A stretch of DNA of 64,000 nt from Escherichia coli (lineage in GTDB: Bacteria > Pseudomonadota > Gammaproteobacteria > Enterobacterales > Enterobacteriaceae), in assembly GCF_024700885.2 (NCBI RefSeq), contig NZ_CP117016.1; one strand, 5' to 3'. Position numbers and translations under genes: made by a program. This document shows, piece by piece, positions 38,976 through 49,696 of this stretch; within the stretch, counting starts at the first letter, position 1; each line of letters starts with the position of its first letter. Under the pieces are notes generated by a model that saw only the letters and a list, made by a program, of their open reading frames with translations, did no database searches and was not told where the DNA came from.

Positions 38976-38999
38976 CGGGCTTTCTTTCACCGATGGCGA

Positions 39000-39782
39000 T
39001 TAACCACCATAAACATCAAAATCGAAGTACTTTTTCGCTAATTTCTCGTAAGTACCGTCAGCGCGCATTTCGGCAAAGGCTTTGTTCAGTGCCTCGCGCA
39101 GTTCGTTATCTTCTTTACGCAGGCCCATGCCGGTCCCTACGCCAAACAGTTTTTCATCTTTAACAGACGGGCCACCGAATTTGTAATCTTTACCGACTGG
39201 CTGCTTGAGGAAACCTTCGCTGGCAGCGACCTCATCCTGGAACGCGGCATCAATACGTCCGGCAGTCAGGTCAGAATAAATGTTGTCCTGCCCCTGATAC
39301 GAGACGATTTCAATGCCTTTTGGTGCCCAGTGTTCATTACCGAACGTCTCCTGGGTGGTGCCCTGCAATACGCCTACCCGCTTGCCTTTCAGCGACTCGA
39401 CTGTCGGCTGAATGTCGGAATTTTTCGCCACCACCAGACGAGAATCGGCAGCGTACAGTTTGTCGGTGAAGGCTATTTCTTGCTGACGTTTTTCCGTAAT
39501 GGAAAGCGATGACATGATGGCGTCAATCTTCTTCGCTTTTAAGGACGGGATTAACGCATCCAGTGGGTTTTCGACAAACGTACATTGCGTATTGATGCGT
39601 TTGCACAACTCCTTTGCCAGATCGATATCGAAGCCAACCAGTTCACCTTGTGAATTTTTTGATTCAAATGGCGCATAGGTCGGATCGGTACCGATGCGGA
39701 TGTTTTGCGGAATCGCAGCAAACGCCGCAGTTGCGCTGGAGAAGGCCAGAACCAGAGAGAGCGATAGCACCAGTTTTTTCAT
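39000..39782 (-). CDS. hisJ: Histidine-binding periplasmic protein
   Basis: 260-aa ORF with signal peptide; matches HisJ. Confidence 0.96.
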   Translation of the reverse strand: MKKLVLSLSLVLAFSSATAAFAAIPQNIRIGTDPTYAPFESKNSQGELVGFDIDLAKELCKRINTQCTFVENPLDALIPSLKAKKIDAIMSSLSITEKRQQEIAFTDKLYAADSRLVVAKNSDIQPTVESLKGKRVGVLQGTTQETFGNEHWAPKGIEIVSYQGQDNIYSDLTAGRIDAAFQDEVAASEGFLKQPVGKDYKFGGPSVKDEKLFGVGTGMGLRKEDNELREALNKAFAEMRADGTYEKLAKKYFDFDVYGG

Positions 39783-40002
39783 AATGTCCTCAACTGACAG
39801 TCTTTTTATAGGGAATATTTACAGGTTTGTTACACTTATCGTGCCATAAAATTGACCATCAAGGCAAAATATCCCGCCCCGTTAGACGTATTATTTTTCA
39901 TTAAAAATGCTTAAGTATGCATTTCAATGCACCACGATAGTGCAACAAACCTGGCGTGCACCATGATGATCATTCCATCAGGTACAGCTTCCCTGCGACG
40001 TA

Positions 40003-40785
40003 TCAGTCACCGTAGACATTAAAGTCAAAATACTTTTTCGCCATCTTGTCGTAGGTGCCGTCCTGACGCAGCTCGCCAAGCGCCTTATTGAAGGCAGCCG
40101 TCAGTTCCGCATCATCTTTACGTAGCCCTACACCGGTGCCGTCACCGAAGTATTTTTTGTCTTTCACTGATGAGCCAGCAAAGGCGAAATCTTTACCAGC
40201 AGGTTGCTTGAGGAATCCTTCGCTGGCAGCAACTTCATCTTGTAACGCAGCATCCAGACGTCCTGCAGCCAGATCGGAATAGACCAAATCCTGGTTGGCA
40301 TAGGCCACCACATCCACGCCTTTGCTACGCCAGGTCTCGTTAGCGTAAGCTTCCTGGGTTGATCCCTGCAGCACACCCACATGTTTACCTTTCAGTGAAT
40401 CCAGCGTTGGCTGAATCGGCGAACCTTTGGCGGCAATCAAACGAGAATCTGCGGCGTACAACTTGTCGGAGAAAGCAATCTCCTGCTGACGTTTATCGGT
40501 AATGGAGAGCGACGAAATAATGGCGTCGATTTTTTTCGCTTTCAGTGAGGGGATCAGCGCGTCAAAGTCACTGGCAACCCAGGTACATTTCACCTGCATC
40601 CGTTTGCACATCTCGTTACCGAGATCGATATCAAAGCCAACAAAGTCACCTTTGGCATCTTTCGATGAGAACGGCGCATAGGTGGTATCGGTTCCGATAC
40701 GTACCGTCTCCGGTAGCGCCGCATAGCTGGAAGCCGCTGCAGAGAGACCGACTAACAAAGACAGAGCGAGAATCGACTTCTTCAT
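40003..40785 (-). CDS. argT: Lysine/arginine/ornithine-binding periplasmic protein
   Basis: 260-aa ORF with signal peptide; paralog of hisJ; matches ArgT. Confidence 0.96.
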   Translation of the reverse strand: MKKSILALSLLVGLSAAASSYAALPETVRIGTDTTYAPFSSKDAKGDFVGFDIDLGNEMCKRMQVKCTWVASDFDALIPSLKAKKIDAIISSLSITDKRQQEIAFSDKLYAADSRLIAAKGSPIQPTLDSLKGKHVGVLQGSTQEAYANETWRSKGVDVVAYANQDLVYSDLAAGRLDAALQDEVAASEGFLKQPAGKDFAFAGSSVKDKKYFGDGTGVGLRKDDAELTAAFNKALGELRQDGTYDKMAKKYFDFNVYGD

Positions 40786-40853
40786 ACATAACCCTCAAGT
40801 GAAAATGGCTTTTTTATGTTGTGTATTGTGTTGTGTGTTTGCAGGCTCTTTCA

Positions 40854-40869
40854 TGCAGGTCTTATGCCA
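40854..40869 (-). promoter_or_regulatory. Sigma54 (-24/-12) promoter for argT
   Basis: Minus-strand sequence TGGCATAAGACCTGCA versus consensus TGGCAC-N5-TTGCA; about 70 bp upstream of the argT ATG. Confidence 0.55.
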
Positions 40870-41050
40870 TCTTTACGACAACAGTAACATTCAACGTTAA
40901 ATATGTTAATAAGACGTTGCATTATTGTCCTAAAGTTGAAGATAGCAGGTATGGCGGTTGAATCGCAGCGTTTCGATTCATCGAAAGGAACAAAATGTCG
41001 AGGATTTGATCGCGGTTGCAAAATTGCCCTGAAACAGGGCAACAATGAGG

Positions 41051-41620
41051 TTATGCGCCCTGCCAGCGGGCAAAGAGATCTTCAGGAAGCGTTATGGCGA
41101 ATTGATCGAGTACACGGTTAACCGTCTGATTTATCACATCATCAAGGGATTGCGGGCGATGATAAAACGCCGGAACGGGAGGCATAATCACCGCACCGAT
41201 TTCTGCCGCCTGGGTCATTAAACGCAGATGGCCTAAGTGCAATGGTGTTTCACGCACGCAGAGCACCAGCGGGCGACGCTCTTTCAGCACAACATCTGCC
41301 GCACGGGTCAGTAAGCCATCAGTATAGCTATGGACAATGCCGGACAGGGTTTTGATTGAACAGGGTAAAATCACCATCCCCAGTGTCTGGAAAGAACCGG
41401 AAGAAATGCTGGCAGCAATATCGCGCGCATCGTGCGTCACATCGGCTAATGCCTGCACTTCGCGCAGGGAAAAATCCGTTTCGAGGGATAAGGTCTGGCG
41501 CGCGGCCTGGCTCATCACCAGATGCGTTTCAACATCTGCGACATCGCGCAGAACCTGTAATAAGCGCACGCCATAAATCGCGCCGCTGGCACCGCTGATG
41601 CCTACAATGAGTCGTTTCAT
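41051..41620 (-). CDS. ubiX: Flavin prenyltransferase UbiX
   Basis: 189-aa ORF; matches UbiX. Confidence 0.95.
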   Translation of the reverse strand: MKRLIVGISGASGAIYGVRLLQVLRDVADVETHLVMSQAARQTLSLETDFSLREVQALADVTHDARDIAASISSGSFQTLGMVILPCSIKTLSGIVHSYTDGLLTRAADVVLKERRPLVLCVRETPLHLGHLRLMTQAAEIGAVIMPPVPAFYHRPQSLDDVINQTVNRVLDQFAITLPEDLFARWQGA

Positions 41621-41714
41621 AAATAGTTGCCCTGTCAGACTTGCAGGCAGACTTTGCAGGATTTCGGCGGGAGTTGCAAGTCAGGGTGCCAGACCGGCAC
41701 CCTGAGCGAAGGCA

Positions 41715-43232
41715 TCATCCTTCGTTATGCATTTCGAGATTTTCCACTTCGTTCTGACGTTGCACTGCTTTGGCGTCGTCATTACGTAAAGTATCGAGGA
41801 AATCGAGGTAGCCCTGATCAACATCTTTGGTGACGTAAACGCCGTTGAACACCGAACACTCAAACTGCTGAATATCCGGGTTTTCAGCGCGAACGGCTTC
41901 GATCAGATCGTTCAGATCCTGGAAAATCAACCCGTCAGCACCGATGATCTGGCGAATTTCATCTACTTCGCGACCGTGAGCGATCAGTTCCGTGGCGCTC
42001 GGCATATCAATACCATAAACGTTCGGGAAGCGAATTTCCGGTGCCGCAGAAGCGAGATACACTTTCTTCGCTCCGGCTTCGCGTGCCATCTCGATAATCT
42101 GCTCAGAAGTGGTGCCACGGACGATGGAGTCGTCGACCAGCAGGACGTTTTTATCGCGGAACTCGGCGCGGTTGGCGTTCAGTTTACGGCGCACGGACTT
42201 ACGACGCAGCTGCTGGCCCGGCATGATAAAGGTGCGGCCAACATAGCGGTTTTTAACGAAGCCCTGGCGGTACGGCTTGCCCAGAATACGAGCAATTTCC
42301 AGCGCGATATCACACGAGGTTTCCGGGATCGGGATCACCACGTCGATATCCAGATCTTCCCATTCGCGGGCAATTTTCTCGCCCAGTTTCGTACCCATAT
42401 TCACACGCGCGCTGTAAACGGAAATTTTGTCGATGAACGAGTCCGGGCGAGCAAAGTATACATACTCAAACAGGCACGGATTGCTGACCGGATTGTCAGC
42501 ACATTGACGGGTAAACAACTGCCCTTCTTCAGTGATGTAAATCGCTTCGCCCGGCGCGACGTCACGCAGGAAATCAAAGCCCAGCGTATCGAGCGCTACG
42601 CTTTCGGAAGCGACCATATATTCTGTACGGTTCTCGTCAATATCACGTTTTCCCAGTACCAGCGGACGAATCCCGTTTGGATCGCGGAAAGCAACCATAC
42701 CATGGCCGATAATCATCGCCACGCAGGCATACGCGCCGCGGATTAAGCGGTTTGTGGCAGCAATGGCAGCGAAAATATTGTCGGCTTCCAGCGGGTAGTG
42801 GCGGAAGTTGTCCAACTCGCTGGCGAAGATATTAAGCAGAATTTCCGAGTCGGAAGTGGTGTTGATGTGGCGGCGTTTTTCTTCAAACAGTTTTTTACGT
42901 AACTCATGCGCGTTGGTCAGATTGCCGTTGTGGGCAAGCGTAATGCCATACGGAGAGTTAACGTAAAACGGCTGCGCTTCAGAGGCGCTGGAGCTGCCAG
43001 CCGTAGGGTAACGCACATGACCAATGCCCATATTGCCCTGCAAACGCTGCATATGGCGAGCTTCAAATACATCGCTCACCAGCCCGTTCGCTTTACGCAA
43101 ACGGAAGCAGTTATTGGCATCTATGGTGATGATGCCGGCGGCATCCTGACCGCGATGCTGAAGCACCGTTAAGGCATCATAAATCGACTGGTTAACCGGC
43201 ATAACACCGGCGATACCGACAATACCGCACAT
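41715..43232 (-). CDS. purF: Amidophosphoribosyltransferase
   Basis: 505-aa ORF with N-terminal MCGIVG Ntn-amidotransferase motif. Confidence 0.96.
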   Translation of the reverse strand: MCGIVGIAGVMPVNQSIYDALTVLQHRGQDAAGIITIDANNCFRLRKANGLVSDVFEARHMQRLQGNMGIGHVRYPTAGSSSASEAQPFYVNSPYGITLAHNGNLTNAHELRKKLFEEKRRHINTTSDSEILLNIFASELDNFRHYPLEADNIFAAIAATNRLIRGAYACVAMIIGHGMVAFRDPNGIRPLVLGKRDIDENRTEYMVASESVALDTLGFDFLRDVAPGEAIYITEEGQLFTRQCADNPVSNPCLFEYVYFARPDSFIDKISVYSARVNMGTKLGEKIAREWEDLDIDVVIPIPETSCDIALEIARILGKPYRQGFVKNRYVGRTFIMPGQQLRRKSVRRKLNANRAEFRDKNVLLVDDSIVRGTTSEQIIEMAREAGAKKVYLASAAPEIRFPNVYGIDMPSATELIAHGREVDEIRQIIGADGLIFQDLNDLIEAVRAENPDIQQFECSVFNGVYVTKDVDQGYLDFLDTLRNDDAKAVQRQNEVENLEMHNEG

Positions 43233-43268
43233 ACGTCTTTTTCCTCGTTAAGCCACATCTCAGAGCAC

Positions 43269-43757
43269 TTACGCTCTGGGCAAGAAACTTGACGAGCTTT
43301 GCAGATAATCAAAAAACCATCTGATGATAAAACTGAACTGCGGGATCAGCTGTGATTTGCTCCAGTCTTCGCTTTTCGACACCCCGGTAAAGGAGTCGAG
43401 AAAGAAGAGAATGGCGGCAACAATCAACACACCGCGCAACGCACCGAAACAGACGCCCAGCACCCGATCGGTGCCTGACAACCCCGTTTTCTCCACCAAC
43501 TGGCCTATCACGAAGTTCACGATAGCACCAACGATCAGGGTAGCGATAAACAGTACCGCGATGGCAATCCCATTTCGAACCAGTTCGTCTTCAAAGCCCG
43601 TAAACCAGACTGACAGGTAAGTGTAGTAATGACTGGCAACAAAGAAAGCACAACCCCATGTCACCAGCGATAACGCTTCACGAACAAAGCCGCGGATCAG
43701 GCTAACCAGAGAGGAAAAAGCAATCACCGCGATTATGGCGTAATCAATCCAGACCAT
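43269..43757 (-). CDS. cvpA: Colicin V production membrane protein
   Basis: 162-aa membrane ORF. Confidence 0.94.
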   Translation of the reverse strand: MVWIDYAIIAVIAFSSLVSLIRGFVREALSLVTWGCAFFVASHYYTYLSVWFTGFEDELVRNGIAIAVLFIATLIVGAIVNFVIGQLVEKTGLSGTDRVLGVCFGALRGVLIVAAILFFLDSFTGVSKSEDWSKSQLIPQFSFIIRWFFDYLQSSSSFLPRA

Positions 43758-43815
43758 ATGTGTCCCACGATTTTACGCCCTGTCATCCTGTTCGGGGCGC
43801 ATTCTAACAGAAAAA

Positions 43816-43831
43816 GAAAACGTTTGCGTAG
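43816..43831 (-). promoter_or_regulatory. PurR operator (PUR box) of the cvpA-purF-ubiX operon
   Basis: Minus strand reads ACGCAAACGTTTTCTT, matching the PurR box consensus; located 60-75 bp upstream of cvpA. Confidence 0.65.
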
Positions 43832-43920
43832 GGATTTCCTTCCCGCGCATCAATAAAAATGGCGCTGAAAAAATATTCAACGCCATCGACTTTTTATGCC
43901 TTTGCGGCATCGGACAATGC

Positions 43921-44008
43921 GTGTCGGATGCGGCGTAAACGCCTTATCCGACCTACGGCTCTACCCCTGCGCAGGCCTGATAAGACGCGCCAGCGTCGCA
44001 TCAGGCAA
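43921..44008. repeat. BIME with two REP palindromic units between cvpA and dedD
   Basis: gtgtcggatgcggcgtaaacgccttatccgacctac and gcctgataagacgcgccagcgtcgcatcaggc. Confidence 0.6.
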
Positions 44009-44015
44009 GACCGTA

Positions 44016-44666
44016 TTAATTCGGCGTATAGCCCATTACCACGCCACTTAAGCCAGAAAGTTGCTTCAACTCACCCAGCGAACCTTTCAGCTTATCTTTC
44101 GAGGCATCTGGCCCAACCAGAATACGGGTAATTTTGCCCTGCACTGGCGTGGATGGCGACGTATAAACCCGATAACCGGCACCGCGCAGCTTACCGACAA
44201 TCTCATTCACTTTATCGGCATTTTTCAGTGCGCCCAGTTGTACAACATAGGCTTTACCCGTTGGCGCTGCTTTTTCTTCCACGACCGGCTTCGGCGCAGG
44301 TGGTGCTTCAACCTTCGGTTTAGGCGACTCCACCGGTTTCGGCTTCGGTGGGGCGACCGGTGCAGGTTCCGGTTCAAACTCGGTGTTATTGGCTGCAATA
44401 GTGGCCGGATCGAGCGACGGTGCTGCGGCATCACCTGCCCGCACCTCTTCCGCTGCGCCTTCCGGCGGCTGCGTCGGCAACGCCTGGGTGGCGGCTGGCA
44501 TCATATCAGGCTCATCGCGATCGCCAGCTTTCGGCACCAGCGGGATAGCCGCGAACTCATCCTGATAATGTTTTTTCTGCCCGTCCAGCAGCCCTGGAAG
44601 TACAATCACCCCCAGCGCCACCAGCACGATCGTGCCCACTAACCGATTCTGAAACTTACTTGCCAC
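44016..44666 (-). CDS. dedD: Cell-division protein DedD (SPOR domain, Pro/Ala-rich linker)
   Basis: ORF 44016..44684; probable GTG start at 44666 (VASKFQNRL...); overlaps the folC stop. Confidence 0.88.
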   Translation of the reverse strand: MASKFQNRLVGTIVLVALGVIVLPGLLDGQKKHYQDEFAAIPLVPKAGDRDEPDMMPAATQALPTQPPEGAAEEVRAGDAAAPSLDPATIAANNTEFEPEPAPVAPPKPKPVESPKPKVEAPPAPKPVVEEKAAPTGKAYVVQLGALKNADKVNEIVGKLRGAGYRVYTSPSTPVQGKITRILVGPDASKDKLKGSLGELKQLSGLSGVVMGYTPN

Positions 44667-45924
44667 CGCTTCTCCTCGCGTCAATCACTTCCATGACATG
44701 TGCGACCGTGTGGAACGAACCACACACCAGCACGGTATCTTCCGCTTTAGCGTCCGCCATTGCGGCATCCCATGCCTGCGCCACGCTATCAAATGATTTG
44801 CCGTTACCCAAATGCTCAAGCAGTTGTTCTGCCGTGGCACCGCGCGGCCCTTCCAGTGGCGCACAATACCAGTCATCAACCACGCTTTTCAACCAGGCCA
44901 GAGTTCCGGCAATATCTTTATCATGTAGCATACCGATAACCGCCAGTACGCGCCCGTTTTTCGGTAGCGCTTTCATACGCCCGGTGAGATATTCCGCCGC
45001 ATGTGGATTATGCGCGACATCAAAAATAACGCGTGGTGACTCGCTCACAATCTGGAAACGTCCCGGCAAAATTGCGCTGGCAATCCCGTCGCGAATGGCA
45101 TTTTCACTGACCTCCAGCCCGCTGGCACGCAGTGCCGCCAGCGCCGTTGCGGCATTCGGTTGCGGGACAAGCGGCAACGGCAGATTTTCCAGCGTGCCGT
45201 GAGCATCGCTAAACGCCCAGTCATGATCGGTGACGGAATAGTTCCACTCAACGCCCCGACGTTGTAACAGTGCACTTTTTTCCTGCGCCACATCAGCAAT
45301 GGTAGAAGGCATTTCCGGCTCACCAACAATTGCCGGTTTTTCGCTGCGGAAGATGCCTGCTTTCTCGCGACCAATGCTTTCGCGATCTGGCCCCAGCCAG
45401 TCGGTATGATCCAGCGCAATGCTGGTTACTACCGCAACATCGGCATCGACAATATTGGTTGCGTCCAGACGACCGCCCAGCCCTACTTCCAGAATCACCA
45501 CGTCAAGTTGTGCCTGTTTGAACAGCCACAACGCCGACAGCGTACCGTACTCGAAATAGGTCAGGGAAATATCACCGCGTGCCGATTCAATCTCCGCAAA
45601 AGAGGCGGTGTGGGCCGATTCCGGCAATTCCTGGCCCTGCACACGTACGCGCTCGGTATAACGCACCAGATGCGGCGAACTGTAGACGCCCACTTTGTAC
45701 CCTGCCGCCATCAGAATCGACTCCAGCGTACGGCAGGTGGTGCCTTTGCCATTCGTACCCGCAACGGTAAACACAAATGGCGCTGGTTTCAGAATGCCAA
45801 GACGCGCCGCGACCTGGCTCACGCGCTCAAGGCCGAGATCGATAGTTTTACTGTGCAGGTTTTCCAGATAAGAAAGCCACGAAGCCAGAGGCGACGCGGC
45901 TTGAGGAGTGCGTTTGATAATCAT
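44656..45924 (-). CDS. folC: Dihydrofolate synthase / folylpolyglutamate synthase
   Basis: 422-aa ORF; matches FolC. Confidence 0.95.
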   Translation of the reverse strand: MIIKRTPQAASPLASWLSYLENLHSKTIDLGLERVSQVAARLGILKPAPFVFTVAGTNGKGTTCRTLESILMAAGYKVGVYSSPHLVRYTERVRVQGQELPESAHTASFAEIESARGDISLTYFEYGTLSALWLFKQAQLDVVILEVGLGGRLDATNIVDADVAVVTSIALDHTDWLGPDRESIGREKAGIFRSEKPAIVGEPEMPSTIADVAQEKSALLQRRGVEWNYSVTDHDWAFSDAHGTLENLPLPLVPQPNAATALAALRASGLEVSENAIRDGIASAILPGRFQIVSESPRVIFDVAHNPHAAEYLTGRMKALPKNGRVLAVIGMLHDKDIAGTLAWLKSVVDDWYCAPLEGPRGATAEQLLEHLGNGKSFDSVAQAWDAAMADAKAEDTVLVCGSFHTVAHVMEVIDARRSGGK

Positions 45925-45993
45925 GGTATCCGCTGATTCGTTACGGTGAGAATAGCAAAAGGGCAGAGCCAGTGGCCCTGCCCTTATCAGTTA

Positions 45994-46908
45994 TCAGGCC
46001 TCAGGTTCCTGATCTGGTACCGGTGGCACCACTACGCCTTCACGCGGCGCTTCAGGATTCGGCGCTGGCAGATTCATCAACTTCGCCAGAATACTCGCCA
46101 GTTTCAGGCGCATTTCCGGACGACGGACGATCATGTCGATCGCGCCCTTCTCGATCAGGAATTCACTGCGCTGGAATCCTGGCGGCAGTTTTTCGCGAAC
46201 GGTCTGTTCGATAACACGCGGACCGGCAAAGCCGATTAACGCTTTCGGTTCAGCGATGTTGAGATCGCCCAGCATGGCGAAACTTGCAGAAACACCACCC
46301 ATGGTCGGGTCGGTCAGCACGGAGATGTACGGCAAGCCGCGCTCCTGCATTTTTGCCAGCGCCGCAGAGGTTTTCGCCATCTGCATCAGCGACATCAGTG
46401 CTTCCTGCATACGTGCGCCACCAGAGGCGGAGAAGCAGATCAGTGGGCAGTTATCTTCCAGCGCCTGCTCAACGGCACGCACGAAACGTGCACCTACCAC
46501 AGACCCCATGGAACCGCCCATAAAGGCGAACTCGAATGCCGCAGCGACAACTGGCATTCCATACAGGGTGCCTTTCATCACCACCAGCGCATCTTTTTCG
46601 CCGGTTTCTTTCTGCGCAGATGCCAGACGGTCTTTATACTTCTTGGAGTCACGAAACTTCAGCACATCTTTCGGCTCAAGCTCGCTACCCAGCTCCACAA
46701 GGCTTCCTTCATCTAACAGGCTATGCAGGCGATTACGCGCTGTCATACGCATGTGATGGTCACACTTCGGACAGACCTCAAGATTACGTTCCAGCTCAGC
46801 GCGGTATAAAACCTGACCGCAGCTATCACACTTAGTCCACACCCCTTCAGGAATGCTCGCCTTGCGGGTGGGAGTAATGTTGCTTTTAATTCGTTCAATC
46901 CAGCTCAT
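45994..46908 (-). CDS. accD: Acetyl-CoA carboxylase carboxyltransferase beta subunit
   Basis: ORF 45994..46992 trimmed to the MSWIERIK start (304 aa); N-terminal Cys4 zinc finger CDSCG...CPKC. Confidence 0.94.
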
Positions 46909-47063
46909 TAGGGACCTTTCTGTCTGAACCTGGTTCGATGCCAGTTTTATCTTTGGGGACGCATAATGCCATTTTTGCCCCCAACAGACCATGAATGTTG
47001 CACATTAAAACATAACAGCCCGAAACTTTGGATAAAAAAGTGGTCGAACCGCGGAGTTACTTT

Positions 47064-47723
47064 TTATTTTGCGGCGCGTGCCGCAGCGCGTTTGTGGCGA
47101 ATAAATTCGAAAACACCTGGCAATATTGAAACAAAAATAATGCCAACAATCATCAGTTTAAGGTTGCTCTGAATGAAGGGGAGCGTTCCGAAGAAATAAC
47201 CCGCGTAGGTAAAAATCAGTACCCATAGCAACGCGCCGATGACGTTAAAAGCGGCGAAATGACGATACGACATGTGGCCCATTCCCGCAACGAACGGCGC
47301 GAACGTTCTGACGATCGGCACAAAACGGGCGAGAATAATCGTTTTGCCGCCATGTTTCTCATAAAACTGATGAGTCTTATCAAGATAACTGCGACGAAAG
47401 ATTTTCGAATCCGGATTACTGAACAGTTTGTCACCAAATAACCGTCCAATGGTGTAGTTCACCGCGTCACCCACAATCGCGGCGATCAGCATCAGCACCA
47501 CCATCATATGGACGTTGAGATCGTTGGTTTCCAGTGATGCCAACGCACCGGCAACAAACAGCAATGAATCACCCGGTAAAAACGGCGTTACCACCAGACC
47601 GGTTTCACAGAACAAAATTAAGAACAAAATGGCATAAACCCAGACGCCATACTCCGCGACCAGTTCTGCCAGATGCACGTCAATGTGCAGGATAAAATCG
47701 ATGAGGAAATAAATCAGGTCCAT
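47064..47723 (-). CDS. dedA: DedA-family inner-membrane protein
   Basis: 219-aa membrane ORF. Confidence 0.94.
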   Translation of the reverse strand: MDLIYFLIDFILHIDVHLAELVAEYGVWVYAILFLILFCETGLVVTPFLPGDSLLFVAGALASLETNDLNVHMMVVLMLIAAIVGDAVNYTIGRLFGDKLFSNPDSKIFRRSYLDKTHQFYEKHGGKTIILARFVPIVRTFAPFVAGMGHMSYRHFAAFNVIGALLWVLIFTYAGYFFGTLPFIQSNLKLMIVGIIFVSILPGVFEFIRHKRAAARAAK

Positions 47724-47805
47724 ATTAGCCTATGCCTTGTACTCGTCATCTTTCAGGCTGTAACTACGTTGGCTACAGCCTGAAATGTTCCGAGCATTAT
47801 TCTTG

Positions 47806-48618
47806 TTAGTCCGCCAGAAATAGCGGGCCCATTGGCGGTTTTGGAAGATCATACCGGTCAGGGTAATCCACCGCGACCAGATACAGCCCTTCCGCTTTTG
47901 CCGTTGCTGCCGCCAGCGTTCTGTCCTTTGCCGCCAGCAACTCTGCTATCCAGCTCTCCGGCTGGTTGTGGGCACCGACTTCCATCAGGCTGCCGACAAT
48001 ATTCCTGACCATATGATGTACAAAGGCATTCGCTTTGATATCTACCACCACATAAGGACCGTGACGCGTGACATTAATATGCATAACGTTGCGCCACGGG
48101 GTTCGGGACTGGCACTGCACCGCACGGAACGAGGTGAAATCATTCTCGCCCAGCAAGCATTGCGCAGCCCGATGCATCCGTTCAGCGTCCAGCGGTTCGT
48201 AAAAATGGGTTACCCCTTTACTCAGTACCGCCGGGCGCAGCCGATGATTGTAGATGATGTAGCGATAACGGCGAGCCGTGGCGCTAAATCGGGCATGAAA
48301 ATCATCAGGTACAGCTTTAACCCAACGCACGGCGATGTCACCAGGTAAATTCGCATTTACGCCCAACGTCCACGCAGCGTCTTTGCGCTGCGCGGTCGTT
48401 TCGAAATGCACAACCTGCCCGGTGCCGTGTACACCTGCGTCAGTACGCCCGGCGCAGAAGACGGTGATCGGTTCGTTCGCCACCTGGGAGAGCGCCTTTT
48501 CCAGCTTCTCCTGCACACTGCGGACTTCGTTCTGCCGTTGCCAGCCGTAATACTTACTGCCGTCGTACTCAATGCCCAGCGCAATTTTATAAACTGGCGG
48601 TTGTTGCTGGTCGGACAT
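47806..48618 (-). CDS. truA: tRNA pseudouridine(38-40) synthase
   Basis: 270-aa ORF; matches TruA. Confidence 0.95.
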   Translation of the reverse strand: MSDQQQPPVYKIALGIEYDGSKYYGWQRQNEVRSVQEKLEKALSQVANEPITVFCAGRTDAGVHGTGQVVHFETTAQRKDAAWTLGVNANLPGDIAVRWVKAVPDDFHARFSATARRYRYIIYNHRLRPAVLSKGVTHFYEPLDAERMHRAAQCLLGENDFTSFRAVQCQSRTPWRNVMHINVTRHGPYVVVDIKANAFVHHMVRNIVGSLMEVGAHNQPESWIAELLAAKDRTLAAATAKAEGLYLVAVDYPDRYDLPKPPMGPLFLAD

Positions 48619-49631
48619 TAGTACAGATACTCCTGCACCAGTTTCTCGGCGATTTTTACTGCCATCAGCGCGCCGCCAAAGCGAACGTTATCGGCCACCG
48701 ACCAGAACTGAACTTGCTCCGGCATACCGTAGTCATTACGCACGCAGCCAACAGAAAGATGCGGCGTACCAGAAGCATCCCCCACCTGAGTCGGGAATTC
48801 GTTCTCTTCAGAGAGCACAATATCTTCGCCCTGAGCAAACGCATCACGCGCTTCTTCTGCCGCCAGCGGACGCAGAGCTTCAAAGTTGACCATCTGGGCG
48901 TGGCCGTAGAATACCGGTGCCTGGACGACGCTTGCCGAAATCATCAGCCCTTCGTCCTGCAGGATTTTGCGTACTTCGTCAACGATACGACGTTCTTCAC
49001 GCACGCTACCTTCGCTATCCGGCAGTAACGGCAGCATGTTGAACGCCAGCTGACGCCCGAAGAAATCTTCTTCATCAATCGGAATGCCGTTGAGCAATTT
49101 CGCACTCTGCCCCGCTAACGCATCGACCGCTTTTTTGCCCTGGGCGGAGGCTGAAATCAGGCTGGTAACGCTGATACGCGACAAACCGCCCTGATCGATT
49201 AACGGTTTCAGTGCCGCCAGCAGTTGGCTGGTCAGACTGTCCGGTACGGCGATGACATTCCGGTTGCGGTAATCGGTCAGTACAAACGGGTTTACTTCCG
49301 GCACCACCAGCGGTACGTCAGGTTCGAGAGCAAACAATCCGCTGCTATCGATCACCAGGCAACCTGAGTTGGTCGCTTCTTCAACCCAGGCAGCGGTAGC
49401 TTCTTTGCCTGCGACAAAAAACGCCAGCTGCGCCTGCGTCCAGTCGAATTCAGCGGCATCCTGCACGGTGATTGTCTTACCACCAAAGCGCAGTTGTTCG
49501 CCTGCGCTTTCGTTACGTGCCAGTGCATAAATTTCCCCAACCGGGAACTGACGTTCAGCCAGCGTTTCAAGCAGGGCTTCGCCCACAGCGCCAGTTGCGC
49601 CCAGGACGGCAATGTTCCAGCCTTCAGACAT
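48618..49631 (-). CDS. usg: Aspartate-semialdehyde-dehydrogenase-like protein Usg
   Basis: 337-aa ORF; N-terminal GATGAVG Rossmann motif; 1-nt overlap with truA. Confidence 0.93.
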   Translation of the reverse strand: MSEGWNIAVLGATGAVGEALLETLAERQFPVGEIYALARNESAGEQLRFGGKTITVQDAAEFDWTQAQLAFFVAGKEATAAWVEEATNSGCLVIDSSGLFALEPDVPLVVPEVNPFVLTDYRNRNVIAVPDSLTSQLLAALKPLIDQGGLSRISVTSLISASAQGKKAVDALAGQSAKLLNGIPIDEEDFFGRQLAFNMLPLLPDSEGSVREERRIVDEVRKILQDEGLMISASVVQAPVFYGHAQMVNFEALRPLAAEEARDAFAQGEDIVLSEENEFPTQVGDASGTPHLSVGCVRNDYGMPEQVQFWSVADNVRFGGALMAVKIAEKLVQEYLY

Positions 49632-49696
49632 GGTGGTTTACTCCAGAAATAGCAAAGCTCCCTGCCAATATTACAGCAGAGAGCATGAAGAAGAGA

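Noticed and set aside
41021-41039. Perfect 8-bp inverted repeat TTGCCCTG-aaa-CAGGGCAA upstream of the argT promoter, considered as an NtrC enhancer site.
   Set aside because: It does not resemble the NtrC consensus (TGCACC-N5-GGTGCA). It is more likely the ubiX 3' hairpin (weak terminator).
43921-44008. Possible CRISPR array suggested by the repeated palindromic sequences.
   Set aside because: The repeats are REP/BIME palindromic units scattered at separate intergenic sites, not regularly spaced direct repeats with spacers. No cas genes are present.
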